From NCBI GenBank assembly GCA_029884165.1, contig JAOUIH010000004.1, positions 21,011 to 85,010 of the forward strand: a DNA stretch of 64,000 nt, read 5' to 3'. The notes beneath the pieces are model-generated. The model made no database searches. It worked only from the letters and a program-made list of their open reading frames with translations, and was not told the origin of the DNA. Of this stretch, positions 53,838-64,000 are shown one piece after another (within the stretch, counting starts at the first letter, position 1; every line of letters starts with the position of its first letter). Origin of the DNA: Gammaproteobacteria bacterium (lineage in GTDB: Bacteria; Pseudomonadota; Gammaproteobacteria; Steroidobacterales; Woeseiaceae). Position numbers and translations under genes: made by a program.

Positions 53838-54695
53838 TTACTGCGTACGCGAGCGACGATCCAGAAATACGAGTTGCTCGAACAGGTGTACGTCCTGCTC
53901 GTTCTTGAGAAGAGCGCCGTACAATGGCGGAATGGCTTTGCGGTTTTCAGAATCGCGCAGCGCCTCGGGAGGAATATCCTCGGCGAGAAGGAGCTTGATC
54001 CAGTCGAGCAGCTCGGACGTCGACGGTTTCTTCTTCAAGCCCGGAACTTCGCGGACCTTGTAGAAAACCTCCAGCGCCTGCTTTAGCAGCATCTTCTTGA
54101 GGTTCGGAAAATGCACATCGACGATCTTCTCCATCGTCTCCGTATCCGGGAACTTGATGTAGTGGAAGAAGCAGCGACGCAGGAAAGCGTCCGGCAGCTC
54201 CTTTTCGTTGTTGCTTGTAATGACGACAATTGGCCGGTGTGTGGCCTTGACCAGCTCCTTGGTCTCGTAAACGTAGAATTCCATGCGATCCAGTTCGCGC
54301 AGGAGATCATTCGGAAACTCGATATCCGCTTTGTCGATTTCATCGATGAGCAACACGGGTTGAACGTCCGATGCGAACGCTTCCCATATCTTGCCGCGAA
54401 CGATGTAGTTCGCGATGTCGTGCACACGATTGTCGCCGAGCTGGGAATCGCGTAGCCGCGCAACTGCATCGTAGTCGTACAAACCCTGCTGGGCCTTTGT
54501 CGTGGACTTGATGTGCCACTCGTACAGTGGCCGGTCAAGCGCCGCCGCAACCTCCTCGGCGAGCTGGGTCTTGCCAGTGCCGGGTTCGCCCTTGATGAGT
54601 ATCGGTCTTTCAAGCGTAACTGCGGCGTTGACCGCCATCATCAGGTCATCGGTGGCGACGTACCTGCTGGTGCCCTTGAACTTCGAATCAGCCAT
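53838..54695 (-). CDS. MoxR-family AAA+ ATPase (AAA_5)
   Basis: Walker A GEPGTGKT, Walker B LLIDEIDKA, sensor VVITSN, then LPDAFLRRC. 285 aa from ATG 54695. The longer track ORF is an unsupported extension. Confidence 0.88.
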   Translation of the reverse strand: MADSKFKGTSRYVATDDLMMAVNAAVTLERPILIKGEPGTGKTQLAEEVAAALDRPLYEWHIKSTTKAQQGLYDYDAVARLRDSQLGDNRVHDIANYIVRGKIWEAFASDVQPVLLIDEIDKADIEFPNDLLRELDRMEFYVYETKELVKATHRPIVVITSNNEKELPDAFLRRCFFHYIKFPDTETMEKIVDVHFPNLKKMLLKQALEVFYKVREVPGLKKKPSTSELLDWIKLLLAEDIPPEALRDSENRKAIPPLYGALLKNEQDVHLFEQLVFLDRRSRTQ

Positions 54696-54768
54696 GTGTG
54701 TTCCGTGATCAATCAGTCTGTGACCAGTATCCACGCTGCCCGCCGCCGGAACAAGCGAGGAGCCCCGA

Positions 54769-57144
54769 TCAGCCTTCGGGCACGAGCCGCAGCGCGTGGC
54801 GGGCCTCGCCCGGCAGGAATTCGGAAGGGGTTCCGCGCACCCAGTCGGCGTGCCCGGCGCGGTAGTAAGGCGACAGGGGGTGGCCGCTCTGGCCGGCCGG
54901 CATGTGGAGGTATCCGTCCTGTTCGGCGCCGGGCGACACGGCGAATCGCTCCGACGGGCCAAAGGACGGACCCTGGACCTTCGGCATGTTCCAGTCGCCG
55001 TCCAGTGGCTCGCGTGGCATGTCCAGCCAGCCCGATAGCGCGGGTAGAGCCCGGCTCAAGGGATGCCTGATGTCCGCCATGTTCCGCTCGCCCCAGGTCC
55101 TGGCGGCGAGATCGTCGCCGTAGTTCTGCTCGAGATCCTGCAGGGTCCGGTCCGCCGCCGCCAGCAGAAGCTGCTCCCAGCTGGCGAAGTCGTCCGACAG
55201 CAGGTGCGGCGGCCGATCGGTAACCAGCTGCCAGAGCGGCGCCTCGAACTGGTTGCTGATACGGAGCCTGACATCCGGGCCGTGCATGGCGCGCACCGGA
55301 GTCATCAGCATGTCGAACACCATTTCGCGCGCCTCGGCACGAAAGCTCCGCACCAGGCGGTAACCCACGGAACCAGCCTCGGCCCGTGGCACCCAGTCTG
55401 CCACCAGCTTGCGCATTTCCGCGCGCGCCTGGTTGCCGGCCACCGCGCCGTCATCGAGTATTTCGAGCAGCAGCTCCCGCCAGCGGATCAGGAACAACGC
55501 GCGATTGTCGAACTGGATTTCGAGCATGTCGGACGGAACGAAACGCTCCCGCTCAGCCAGCCCGTCGCGAATCTGGCGCTGACGCGCACCGAGGTCGTAG
55601 CCGCCATCGCCTATGAGCGCGAGGGCCTCGCCATCGGCCACCCGGGCGTTCGCTGTCCAGATACGTCCGGAAGCAGGGTTCAGCACGCGCGGGTACTGCT
55701 CCGGTTCGAGCCAGCCCGACCAGCCACCACCCGTACTCCAGTCGGCCGGCACCTCGCGGGCAGCCGGGCCACGAACCGGTATGCGGCCGGCGATCGTCCA
55801 GCCGATATTGCCGTCCGCATCACCCACGACGAAGTTCTGTGGCGGTATGCCCATGCCGTTCGCGATGGCCATGGCATCGGACACGCTGGTCACTGTCTCG
55901 AGTTCCAGCTGCCGGACATTCACGGCCGCGGCATGGTGCGCGATCCAGCTGACGACAAGCTCGCCCCCGCCGAATTCGACATCGTCGAGGATTGGGCCCC
56001 ACTGCGTCTCCCGAACCCAAAATTCGACCGGCTCGCCACCCTTCACATCGATTCGCTCCAGGTGCGTCGTGATTGCACGAGGACCGCCCTGGTCAAGGTA
56101 GGTATCCGGTTCGTCACCGGCATGCAGCAGCACCGCGTCCGACCAGTCGCCATAGCTGTTCGTGAATCCCCAGGCAACCCGCCCGTTGCTGCCGGCGACG
56201 ACTACGGGTGTGCCCGGCAGCGTCACGCCGGTAACGTCCCGGGCAGCTGGCCCGGTACCCACCAGGCGTGCCCGGTAGAAGATGTTCGGCGCAGTAATGT
56301 TGAGATGCATGTCGTTGGCGACGATTGCCCTGCCGTCGCCGGTCAACCTGCCAGCCACGGCCCAGTTGTTGCTGCCGGGCAGCGGTGCTTCGGCATCCCC
56401 GCGACTGGATCGAGCCCCGACGACGCGGGTACCGCGCAGGTCATAACGGTCGGCCGCGGGGACCGGCGGGACCGCCCTGGGACTTCCCAGCAACGGCGCG
56501 TCCCACTCGGTTCCCTCGGGATACATCCATGCAAAGACATCGCCCGGCAGCACGTCCCGCGCGAAGCCCCTGCTGACGTCCCGGGCGGCACGCTCGTCAT
56601 TGAGTTCCATGAACATGGCATAGACGACCAGCAGCGTATCTTCGATGGTCCAGGGATCGGGCTCGGCGCGGAGCACGAAGTACTCGAATGGCCGGGCGGC
56701 CAGGTTCGCGAGCCCTGCGTTGACGCCCGCGACGTAGGCATTCATCAAGGCCTGCTCCGCGCCGGTCATAGTCGCGATGACGTCGCTCGCCCTGCTGCGG
56801 AATCGGTGCAGACGGTTACGCTTGTCCAGCTCGAGGGCGACGGCACCGAAGAGTGCGGACAGTTCGCCGGCGGCCTGGCGCCTGGTCAGGTCCATCTGGA
56901 AGTAACGGTCCTGGCCGTGAACGAAACCCGTCCCGAAGGCGAGGTCCTCGCGACTCCCGGCTCGAATCGTCGGGATACCCGCGGCGTCTCTCTCGATGCT
57001 GATCGGCGCCGTGATGCCGGCCACCATGACCCGCCCGTCCAGCCCCGGCAGGCTGGCCCGCAACAGGAAAAAGGTGCCAATCGTTGCCAGCGCCACGATG
57101 ATCAACAATCCGGCAAGGCCGCGCGTCAGATATTTCGCGAGCAT
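54769..57144 (-). CDS. Penicillin-acylase-family Ntn hydrolase (possible acyl-homoserine-lactone / beta-lactam acylase), N-terminal TM anchor
   Basis: About 791 aa. The autoprocessing site context is PLPG|SNNWAV, with ANDMHL shortly after. The N-terminal anchor is LAGLLIIVALATIGTFFLL. ATG 57144 follows GAGAG (TTG 57150 in the track) and lies 16 nt after the pyk stop. Confidence 0.88.
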   Translation of the reverse strand: MLAKYLTRGLAGLLIIVALATIGTFFLLRASLPGLDGRVMVAGITAPISIERDAAGIPTIRAGSREDLAFGTGFVHGQDRYFQMDLTRRQAAGELSALFGAVALELDKRNRLHRFRSRASDVIATMTGAEQALMNAYVAGVNAGLANLAARPFEYFVLRAEPDPWTIEDTLLVVYAMFMELNDERAARDVSRGFARDVLPGDVFAWMYPEGTEWDAPLLGSPRAVPPVPAADRYDLRGTRVVGARSSRGDAEAPLPGSNNWAVAGRLTGDGRAIVANDMHLNITAPNIFYRARLVGTGPAARDVTGVTLPGTPVVVAGSNGRVAWGFTNSYGDWSDAVLLHAGDEPDTYLDQGGPRAITTHLERIDVKGGEPVEFWVRETQWGPILDDVEFGGGELVVSWIAHHAAAVNVRQLELETVTSVSDAMAIANGMGIPPQNFVVGDADGNIGWTIAGRIPVRGPAAREVPADWSTGGGWSGWLEPEQYPRVLNPASGRIWTANARVADGEALALIGDGGYDLGARQRQIRDGLAERERFVPSDMLEIQFDNRALFLIRWRELLLEILDDGAVAGNQARAEMRKLVADWVPRAEAGSVGYRLVRSFRAEAREMVFDMLMTPVRAMHGPDVRLRISNQFEAPLWQLVTDRPPHLLSDDFASWEQLLLAAADRTLQDLEQNYGDDLAARTWGERNMADIRHPLSRALPALSGWLDMPREPLDGDWNMPKVQGPSFGPSERFAVSPGAEQDGYLHMPAGQSGHPLSPYYRAGHADWVRGTPSEFLPGEARHALRLVPEG

Positions 57145-57160
57145 CCGCAACGACTCTCTG

Positions 57161-58597
57161 TCAGTCGGGCGCCGTAACCCGGATGATTTTCATGGAGTTG
57201 GTGCTGCCGGATACGCCGGTCAGGTCACCCTTGGTGAATATCACGAGATCGCCGATTTCGACCAGCTTCCGGGTCAGGAGGGTCGCGAAAATATCCCGGT
57301 ACAGCGGCCCGACCTCGGTGTGCTGCAGGTTGAACGGCACGGAATAGACGCCCCGGTACAGCGTGACCCGGCGGCTCGTGACTTCGTGCGGCGTGAAGGC
57401 ATAGATTGGAATGTCCGAGCGGATGCGTGACATCCAAAGCGCCGTGGAACCGGACTCGGTCAGAGCGATGATTGCCTTCACATTCATGTGGTTGGCGGTG
57501 TACATCACGGCCATTGCTATCGCTTCGTCGACCGCGCGGAACCGGTCGTCCATGCGATGGCTGGCGGCGCTGCGCGGGAGCGAATATTCCTCGGCCCCGC
57601 GACAGACTTCGCTCATCGCCGCAACGACCTCGACCGGATATTTCCCGACCGCCGTCTCCGCGGAGAGCATGACCGCATCCGTACCGTCCATGACGGCGTT
57701 CGCGACGTCCGATGCCTCCGCGCGAGTCGGGATAGGGTTATGAATCATCGACTCCATCATCTGGGTAGCGGTGATCACGACCTTGTTGGCATGGCGCGTG
57801 CGGCGTATCAACTGCTTTTGCATGCCAGTCAGCCGGGCATATCCCATTTCGACGCCAAGGTCGCCGCGCGCAACCATGATGATGTCGGCAGCGTCGATTA
57901 TCTCGTCGATGCACGTGACAGCCTCGGTTCGCTCGATCTTGGCAACGATGAGGCCATGACCGCCGGCTTCCCGCAACGATCGGCGCGTTTCCGTCACGTC
58001 AGCCGGACGGCGCACGAAGGACACGGCCAGGAAGTCCAGCTTGAGCTCGGCCGCGAACCGGATGTCTTCCCGATCCTTTTCGGTCAGTGCCGGCGCAGAC
58101 AGCCCGCCACCGCGACGGTTGATGCCCTTGTGATCGGACAGCGTGCCGCCATTCACGACCGTCGTCAGCACCCGCGCACCTTCGATGGAGTCGACGGTAA
58201 GCGTGATCTGGCCGTCATTCAGCAACAGCGTATCGCCGGGCTTTACGTCCCGGTGCAGGTTATCGTAGGCAACGCCGACGCCTTTCTTGTTCCCGTCCAT
58301 TTCACCGAGCGTCGGGTCGAGAAAGAATTTCGCACCGTCCTTCAGTATCGCCATGCCCTTGGCGAAGCGCCGCACTCGGATCTTTGGCCCCTGGAGATCG
58401 CCCATGATGCCGACGTCGCGCCCGCAATCGGCGGCGATCTGTCTCAGCATCTCGACCCGCTTGCGCTGGTCGTCGCGGTTACCGTGTGAGAAATTGATAC
58501 GCGCCACGTCGAGACCGGCGTTGATGACCTTGCGCAGGACTTTCGGGTCATCGGTGGCCGGGCCGAGCGTCGCGACTATTTTCGTTCTGCGTAACAT
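57161..58597 (-). CDS. pyk: Pyruvate kinase
   Basis: N-terminus MLRRTKIVATLGPA plus NFSHG and MVARGDLG motifs. 478 aa. Confidence 0.95.
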   Translation of the reverse strand: MLRRTKIVATLGPATDDPKVLRKVINAGLDVARINFSHGNRDDQRKRVEMLRQIAADCGRDVGIMGDLQGPKIRVRRFAKGMAILKDGAKFFLDPTLGEMDGNKKGVGVAYDNLHRDVKPGDTLLLNDGQITLTVDSIEGARVLTTVVNGGTLSDHKGINRRGGGLSAPALTEKDREDIRFAAELKLDFLAVSFVRRPADVTETRRSLREAGGHGLIVAKIERTEAVTCIDEIIDAADIIMVARGDLGVEMGYARLTGMQKQLIRRTRHANKVVITATQMMESMIHNPIPTRAEASDVANAVMDGTDAVMLSAETAVGKYPVEVVAAMSEVCRGAEEYSLPRSAASHRMDDRFRAVDEAIAMAVMYTANHMNVKAIIALTESGSTALWMSRIRSDIPIYAFTPHEVTSRRVTLYRGVYSVPFNLQHTEVGPLYRDIFATLLTRKLVEIGDLVIFTKGDLTGVSGSTNSMKIIRVTAPD

Positions 58598-58699
58598 GGC
58601 CGCGGATTATTGCACAAGCCCGGCGGCGAATGCCGCGATTTTCGCTAGGCCGCCGGCACCTCGTTCCGCGATACTTGTCCGGTCGACCGGGAAGACGCC

Positions 58700-60073
58700 A
58701 TGCTCAGCCGAAGGCATTTCTTGCAGGGAATCGCACTTGCCGCCATTAGCCCGCGGACCCGTGCGAGCACCCGAACGACCGGCGGCTTCGGCCCCCTGGT
58801 GCCGGATCCGCAGGGCATCCTCGACCTGCCGGCTGGATTCGGTTACCGCATTGTGTCTACCCGGGGCGATCGGATGGACGATGGGCTGCTCGTGCCGGCG
58901 CAGGCGGACGGCATGGCCGCCTTTCCCGGAGACGACGGCAACATCGTCATAGTCTGCAATCACGAGAATCACCCCGCCTTGCCGGAACGCGGGCCCTTCG
59001 GGCCCGGCCTGGAACTTATCGGCCGCATCGACCCGGCCCAGGTTTACGATCCGGGCGCGGGCCTGACGCCCGGCAACGGCGGCACGACGACCATCGTTTA
59101 TGACCCGAAATCCGGCGCTACGCTGCGCCGGCACCTGAGCCTGGCGGGCACCGAGTACAACTGCGCCGGCGGCCCGACGCCCTGGGGCAGCTGGCTGAGC
59201 TGCGAGGAATGCTTCACGGGCCCCGGTACGGATTTCGCCAGGCTGTCGGTCGTCCATCGTGACCGGCGCCATGGCTATGTCTTTGAAGTACCGAGCAGCG
59301 CCACCGGCCCGGCCGAGCCGGTCCCTTTGCGTGAAATGGGGCGATTCGAGCATGAGGCCGCCGCCGTCAACCCGGCTTCGGGCATCGTGTACCTGACCGA
59401 GGACCAGCACCAGAGCCTCCTGTACCGGTACATCCCGAACCAGCCCGGGGCACTGGCGCAGGGAGGCAGGCTGCAGGCGCTTGCCGTCCGCAAGAAACCG
59501 TCCTTCGATACCCGCAACTGGTTCGATCCGCGCGGCATGCTGCCGAACGAGTGGATGGAAACTCGCTGGATCGACCTCGACGACGTTGATCCGGATGTAG
59601 ACGACCTGCGCTATCGCGGCTTCGAGGCCGGCGCCGCCTGCTTCGCGAGAGGCGAGGGGCTCAGTTACTCGGATGGCAGCCTGTTCATGACCGCAACGAT
59701 CGGCGGGCCATCGCGACTGGGACAGGTGTTCGAATACCGGCTGAGCACGGCCGACGGCACGCGCGACGAGGACCGCCGGCCCGGGCAACTGCGACTGCTG
59801 GCGGAATCGACGAGCGACAGCGTGCTGCGCAATGCCGATAACCTGACGATGAGCCCCTGGGGCGATCTGGTCATCTGCGAGGACACTGCGACTCACTGCG
59901 GACTGGTCGGCATCTCTCCGGCAGGCAGCCAGTATCCGCTTGCAGACAATGCCTACACGAGCTCGGAACTGGCCGGCGCTTGCTTTTCGCCGGACGGCAA
60001 ACTGCTGTTCGTCAACATCCAGGAACGCGGCCTCACGCTGGCCATCACTGGTCCCTGGCCGTCGCCGGCCTGA
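58700..60073 (+). CDS. Tat-signal DUF839 / PhoX-like beta-propeller protein
   Basis: Twin-arginine signal SRRHFLQGIALAA, then NHE..., NCAGGPTPWGSWLSCEE and FSPDGKLLFVNIQ. I recognise these as DUF839/PhoX-family hallmarks. 457 aa. Confidence 0.8.
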   Translation: MLSRRHFLQGIALAAISPRTRASTRTTGGFGPLVPDPQGILDLPAGFGYRIVSTRGDRMDDGLLVPAQADGMAAFPGDDGNIVIVCNHENHPALPERGPFGPGLELIGRIDPAQVYDPGAGLTPGNGGTTTIVYDPKSGATLRRHLSLAGTEYNCAGGPTPWGSWLSCEECFTGPGTDFARLSVVHRDRRHGYVFEVPSSATGPAEPVPLREMGRFEHEAAAVNPASGIVYLTEDQHQSLLYRYIPNQPGALAQGGRLQALAVRKKPSFDTRNWFDPRGMLPNEWMETRWIDLDDVDPDVDDLRYRGFEAGAACFARGEGLSYSDGSLFMTATIGGPSRLGQVFEYRLSTADGTRDEDRRPGQLRLLAESTSDSVLRNADNLTMSPWGDLVICEDTATHCGLVGISPAGSQYPLADNAYTSSELAGACFSPDGKLLFVNIQERGLTLAITGPWPSPA

Positions 60074-60074
60074 A

Positions 60075-61247
60075 TCAGCTCGCCCTGGCGCGCTCCTCCA
60101 GCACGGCGACGCCCGGGAGCGTCTTGCCTTCAACGAACTCGAGAAAGGCGCCGCCGCCGGTCGATATGTAGGAAATCCGATCCGAGACTCCGTACTTGTC
60201 GATCGCCGCAAGCGTGTCCCCGCCGCCGGCAATCGAAAATGCCGGGCTGTCGGCGATGGCCTCGGCCAAGGCGCGCGTACCCTCGCCGAACTGGTCGAAT
60301 TCGAAAACGCCGACGGGCCCGTTCCAGATCACGGTACCGGCCTGCGCAATGATTTTCGCAAATCGCCGTGCGGTTTCCGGGCCGATGTCGAGTATCAACT
60401 CCGAGCCGCTCACTTCGTCGACTCTCTTCACCGTCGCCGTCGCCGTTGCGGAGAATTCGTCCGCTACGACAACATCGACGGGAACCGGGATGTCGGCCCG
60501 GTCGCTGGTATTCGTCGCCAGGGCGCGTGCGGTGTCCAGCATGTCGGCTTCGTACAGCGACCTGCCCACGCCGTGGCCGGCGGCTGCGATGAACGTGTTC
60601 GCGATGCCTCCGCCGACGATCAGGTGATCGACGATGCCGGCAAGTGCCTCGAGGACCGTGAGCTTGGTCGATACCTTCGAGCCACCGACGATCGCTACGA
60701 CCGGGCGGGCCGGCTCCTTCAGCGCTTTCGACAATGCGTCGAGTTCTGCGGCCAGGAGCGGTCCGGCACATGCCAGCGGGGCGTGGCGCGCAACGCCATG
60801 CGTACTCGCCTGGGCACGGTGCGCCGTGCCGAATGCGTCCATGACGAAGACGTCACAAAGAGCCGCCATCTTGCGGGCAAGCGCCTCATCATCGGCCTTT
60901 TCGCCTTTCAGGAAGCGCGTATTCTCGAACAGCACGACCTGGCCCGGCTCGACCTCGATTCCTTCGATCCAGTCCGCCACCAACGGCACGTCCCTGCCGA
61001 GGAGCCTGCCCAGATGTACTGCCACCGGTTGCAGCGAAAAGGCCGGATCGAACTTGCCCTCGGAGGGTCGGCCGAGGTGCGACATCAGCATCACCGCCGC
61101 ACCGGCATCGAGGGCCGCCCGTATCGTCGGCAACGCCGCCTGGATGCGTGCATCACTGGTGATGACGCCTTCCTTCAGCGGCACATTGAGGTCTTCGCGT
61201 ATCAGGACGCGCCTGCCCCGTAAATCGAGATCTGTCATGCGCAGCAT
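60075..61247 (-). CDS. pgk: Phosphoglycerate kinase
   Basis: N-terminus [20 protein letters not shown] plus GGGDT. 390 aa. Confidence 0.96.
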   Translation of the reverse strand: MLRMTDLDLRGRRVLIREDLNVPLKEGVITSDARIQAALPTIRAALDAGAAVMLMSHLGRPSEGKFDPAFSLQPVAVHLGRLLGRDVPLVADWIEGIEVEPGQVVLFENTRFLKGEKADDEALARKMAALCDVFVMDAFGTAHRAQASTHGVARHAPLACAGPLLAAELDALSKALKEPARPVVAIVGGSKVSTKLTVLEALAGIVDHLIVGGGIANTFIAAAGHGVGRSLYEADMLDTARALATNTSDRADIPVPVDVVVADEFSATATATVKRVDEVSGSELILDIGPETARRFAKIIAQAGTVIWNGPVGVFEFDQFGEGTRALAEAIADSPAFSIAGGGDTLAAIDKYGVSDRISYISTGGGAFLEFVEGKTLPGVAVLEERARAS

Positions 61248-61299
61248 GGCCGTCGTTTCCTCGGAGTACGGCTGTAGCTAAGGGTGCCCGTAAGCGAGA

Positions 61300-62313
61300 T
61301 CAGCGGGCCTTGGCGAATGCGATGGCCGTATCCAGCCTCCTGTTCGAGAAGCCCCATTCGTTGTCATACCAGGAAATCACCTTGACCAGCGTTCCCTGCA
61401 TGACCTTGGTCAGCGACGCGTCGTAGATCGAGGAAGCCGGATTGTGATTGAAGTCGATCGAAACCAGCGGCTCGTCGTTGTATGCCAGCACGCCCTTCAG
61501 TTCACCTTCACTGGCCTCCTTCAGGATCTTGTTGATCTCCTCGACGCTCGTTTCTCTGTTCGCGACGAACGACAGGTCTACCGCCGATACGTTAATCGTT
61601 GGAATGCGCATCGCGAAGCCATCGAGCCTTCCCGCCAACTCGGGCAGCACCAGGCCCACGGCCGCAGCCGCACCGGTTTTTGTCGGGATCTGCGACATGG
61701 TCGCCGAGCGCGCGCGGCGAAGGTCCTTGTGAAATACGTCCGTGAGTACCTGGTCGTTCGTGTACGCATGAATCGTGGTCATGATGCCGTGCTTGACGCC
61801 GATCTTTTCATGCAATGGCTTTACGAGCGGCGCCAGGCAGTTCGTGGTGCACGATGCATTCGAGATCACGGTGTGAGACTTCTTCAGGACGCCGTGATTT
61901 ACTCCATAGACAATGGTCGCGTCCACTTCTCCACTGGCAGGAGCCGAGATAATCACCTTTTTCGCACCGCCGGCGATATGTTTCGACGCCGCCTCGCGGC
62001 TGCTGAATATGCCGGTCGACTCGAGCACGATCTCTGCACCGAGCTTGCCCCACGGCAACTTGGCCGGGTCCCTCTCGGCCAGCACGCGAATACGGTCGCC
62101 GTTGACCACCATGTAATCCCCGTCGACCGAGACTGTACCCGGGAACTTGCCGTGCGCCGTGTCGTAACGGGTCAGGTGCGCGTTTGTCTTCGCGTCTCCA
62201 AGGTCATTAACGGCGACTATCTCCAACTCCGAGCGCTTGTCACCCTCATATAACGCGCGCAGCATGTTTCGGCCGATTCGGCCATACCCGTTAATGCCGA
62301 TCTTGATGGTCAT
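61300..62313 (-). CDS. gap: Glyceraldehyde-3-phosphate dehydrogenase
   Basis: Motifs [10 protein letters not shown] and the active site [10 protein letters not shown]. 337 aa, between tkt and pgk. An Epd-type specificity cannot be excluded from the sequence alone. Confidence 0.93.
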   Translation of the reverse strand: MTIKIGINGYGRIGRNMLRALYEGDKRSELEIVAVNDLGDAKTNAHLTRYDTAHGKFPGTVSVDGDYMVVNGDRIRVLAERDPAKLPWGKLGAEIVLESTGIFSSREAASKHIAGGAKKVIISAPASGEVDATIVYGVNHGVLKKSHTVISNASCTTNCLAPLVKPLHEKIGVKHGIMTTIHAYTNDQVLTDVFHKDLRRARSATMSQIPTKTGAAAAVGLVLPELAGRLDGFAMRIPTINVSAVDLSFVANRETSVEEINKILKEASEGELKGVLAYNDEPLVSIDFNHNPASSIYDASLTKVMQGTLVKVISWYDNEWGFSNRRLDTAIAFAKAR

Positions 62314-62349
62314 TGCATTCTCCTGAATTGACGTTGGGCCGGACAGGGT

Positions 62350-64000
62350 CTAGCCCCGCTTCCCGCTACCTAGAATTTCGCCGGCGACGCGCAGCACGTT
62401 GTCGACGGTAAAGCCGAAGTGTTCGAACAGTTTCTCCGCTGGCGCAGACAGGCCAAAGCCGTCGATGCCAATCACGCGGCCGGCCGGTCCGACCCACCGC
62501 CACCAGCAGTCCGTCACACCCGCCTCTATCGCGATGCGTGTCGTTATGGAAGGCGGCAGTACCTCGTCCCGGTAAGAAGCATCCTGGCCCTGGAACAACT
62601 CCACACAGGGCATCGACACGACGCGCGCACATACTCCCCGCTTCGCGAGCTCGGTTGCGGCGTCCGCGGCAAGCGCAACCTCGGAGCCGGTCGCGATCAA
62701 GATGATATCCGGGCGGCCCTCGGGTTCCCGCAATACGTATGCTCCGCGTGCTATCGCAGCTCGCTGTGCCGCCGTACGCGGCTGGTGAGGCACGCCCTGC
62801 CGCGTGAGCACCAGGCTCGTCGGACCGTCCTGGCGCTGGATCGCGTCCCGCCAGGCTACCGCCGTCTCCACCGCATCACAGGGCCGCCACACGCGCATGT
62901 TCGGCATGACCCGCAGGCTTGCGATGTGCTCGACCGGCTGATGCGTGGGCCCGTCCTCCCCGAGGCCGATCGAGTCATGCGTATACACGAGTACGTTCCG
63001 CAGCTTCATCAGCGCCGCCATACGCAATGCATTGCGCGCATAGTCGGAGAAGGTCAGGAAGGTGCCGGAGTAAGGAATCAGTCCGCCGTGCAGCGAGAGA
63101 CCGTTGCAGATCGCGGTCATGCCGAACTCGCGCACGCCGAAATAAATATAGTTGCCGCCGGCGGCATCCGCCGAGATGGCCGTCGAACTGTCGTGCTTCG
63201 TCAGGTTCGAGCCGGTCAGGTCGGCCGAGCCGCCGATCAGCTCCGGCAAAGCCGGCGCGAACGCGTTCAGGGCAACAAGCGACGCCTGCCGGGTCGCCAT
63301 CTTCTTGCCGGCCGCGTCTATCTCGGCGATCGAGCGGTCTGCGAAGTCCTTCCAGCCCGACGGCAGCTCACCGCGCATGCGACGCTCGAATTCCGCAGCG
63401 AGCTCGGGATGTGCCTTGCGGTAGCCTTCATACAGGCCCGACCAGGCCTGCTCCGCCTCCGCGCCCTGGTCGCGGCTATCCCAGGCCCTGGCGATCGACG
63501 CAGGAATCTCGAAGGGCGGGTACGCCCATCCGAGCTGTGCCCGGCTCGCTGCAACCTCGTCCGGGCCGAGCGGCGCACCGTGCGTACTCGCGCTGCCCTG
63601 CTTGTTGGGCGAACCGAAACCGATGACGGTCTTGCAGCAGATCAGGGACGGCCGCTCGCCGTCGGCGAGCGCGGCGTCAATGGCGCCGGAAATCGACTCG
63701 CTGTCATGGCCGTCGACGTTCTTGATGACCTGCCAGCCGTAGGCCTCGAAGCGCGCTGCCGTGTCGTCGGAGAACCAGGCCCGGACCTCGCCGTCGATCG
63801 ATATGCCGTTGTCGTCGTACAGGCATATCAGCTTGCCGAGCTTCAGCGTACCTGCGAGCGAGCAGGCTTCGTGCGAGACGCCCTCCATCAGGCAGCCGTC
63901 GCCGACGAAAACCCAGGTTCGATGGTCGACGATCTCGTAGCCCGGGCGATTGAACTCGGCGGCGAGCTTCTTTTCCGCCAGCGCCATGCCGACGGCATTG
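62350..64000 (-). CDS. tkt: Transketolase, C-terminal about 550 codons (N-terminus beyond the window end)
   Basis: Collinear with E. coli TktA from ...[39 protein letters not shown] onward. The frame stays open to the window edge. Confidence 0.95.
   Translation of the reverse strand, partial: NAVGMALAEKKLAAEFNRPGYEIVDHRTWVFVGDGCLMEGVSHEACSLAGTLKLGKLICLYDDNGISIDGEVRAWFSDDTAARFEAYGWQVIKNVDGHDSESISGAIDAALADGERPSLICCKTVIGFGSPNKQGSASTHGAPLGPDEVAASRAQLGWAYPPFEIPASIARAWDSRDQGAEAEQAWSGLYEGYRKAHPELAAEFERRMRGELPSGWKDFADRSIAEIDAAGKKMATRQASLVALNAFAPALPELIGGSADLTGSNLTKHDSSTAISADAAGGNYIYFGVREFGMTAICNGLSLHGGLIPYSGTFLTFSDYARNALRMAALMKLRNVLVYTHDSIGLGEDGPTHQPVEHIASLRVMPNMRVWRPCDAVETAVAWRDAIQRQDGPTSLVLTRQGVPHQPRTAAQRAAIARGAYVLREPEGRPDIILIATGSEVALAADAATELAKRGVCARVVSMPCVELFQGQDASYRDEVLPPSITTRIAIEAGVTDCWWRWVGPAGRVIGIDGFGLSAPAEKLFEHFGFTVDNVLRVAGEILGSGKRG

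Noticed and set aside
55063-57177. 704-aa plus-strand ORF
   Set aside because: It is exactly antisense to the penicillin-acylase-family gene, whose motifs are intact. The translation is low-complexity, Arg/His/Pro/Gly-rich and has no motifs.
58607-60232. 541-aa minus-strand ORF
   Set aside because: It is antisense to the Tat-signal DUF839/PhoX-like gene and runs into pgk out of frame. It has Arg/Ala-rich junk composition.

Overview
High-GC gammaproteobacterial chromosome segment, almost entirely conserved core genes in Pseudomonas/Xanthomonas/E. coli-like synteny.

Gene order:
- + strand: 3' end of pilB, then pilC-pilD-coaE-zapD.
- - strand: mutT, secA, an M23 peptidase. + strand: a small DUF721/DciA-like gene.
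- - strand, 9.2-28.1 kb: a complete, tightly packed dcw cluster (mraZ-rsmH-ftsL-ftsI-murE-murF-mraY-murD-ftsW-murG-murC-murB-ddl-ftsQ-ftsA-ftsZ-lpxC).
- RNase P RNA (rnpB, -), a Na+/solute symporter (+), then rsmI (-) divergent from lpoA-yraN-diaA (+).
- - strand: sspB, sspA, petC, petB, petA. + strand: degS-like protease. - strand: murA, ibaG.
- + strand: yrbG-kdsD-kdsC-lptC-lptA-lptB-rpoN-hpf-ptsN-rapZ, then mgtE.
- A small less-conserved patch at 50.7-57.1 kb: patatin-like lipase, secreted Bcp peroxiredoxin, CoxE-type VWA protein, MoxR AAA+ ATPase, penicillin-acylase-family Ntn hydrolase.
- A glycolytic cluster (tkt-gap-pgk ... pyk, - strand) interrupted by a Tat-signal DUF839/PhoX-like gene on the + strand.

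I saw no rRNA, tRNA, CRISPR array, transposase, integrase or phage genes. The many long extra ORFs in the track are shadow or alternative-frame ORFs typical of GC-rich DNA.

I do not see a convincing novel multi-gene system. The best leads, all modest:
1. The pyk-linked acylase / MoxR / VWA gene string, whose VWA protein has a non-canonical MIDAS motif.
2. A symporter whose first TM helix lies upstream of any canonical start codon (apparent CTG start, or an indel at a G6 run).
3. A near-consensus mraZ promoter followed by four phased TGGRN repeats.
4. A hairpin-dense spacer between rnpB and that promoter.
5. A bidirectional terminator-like hairpin inside the divergent ibaG/yrbG spacer, where the mla operon sits in E. 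coli.

All coordinates and motifs were read by eye from the sequence and translations. No searches were run.
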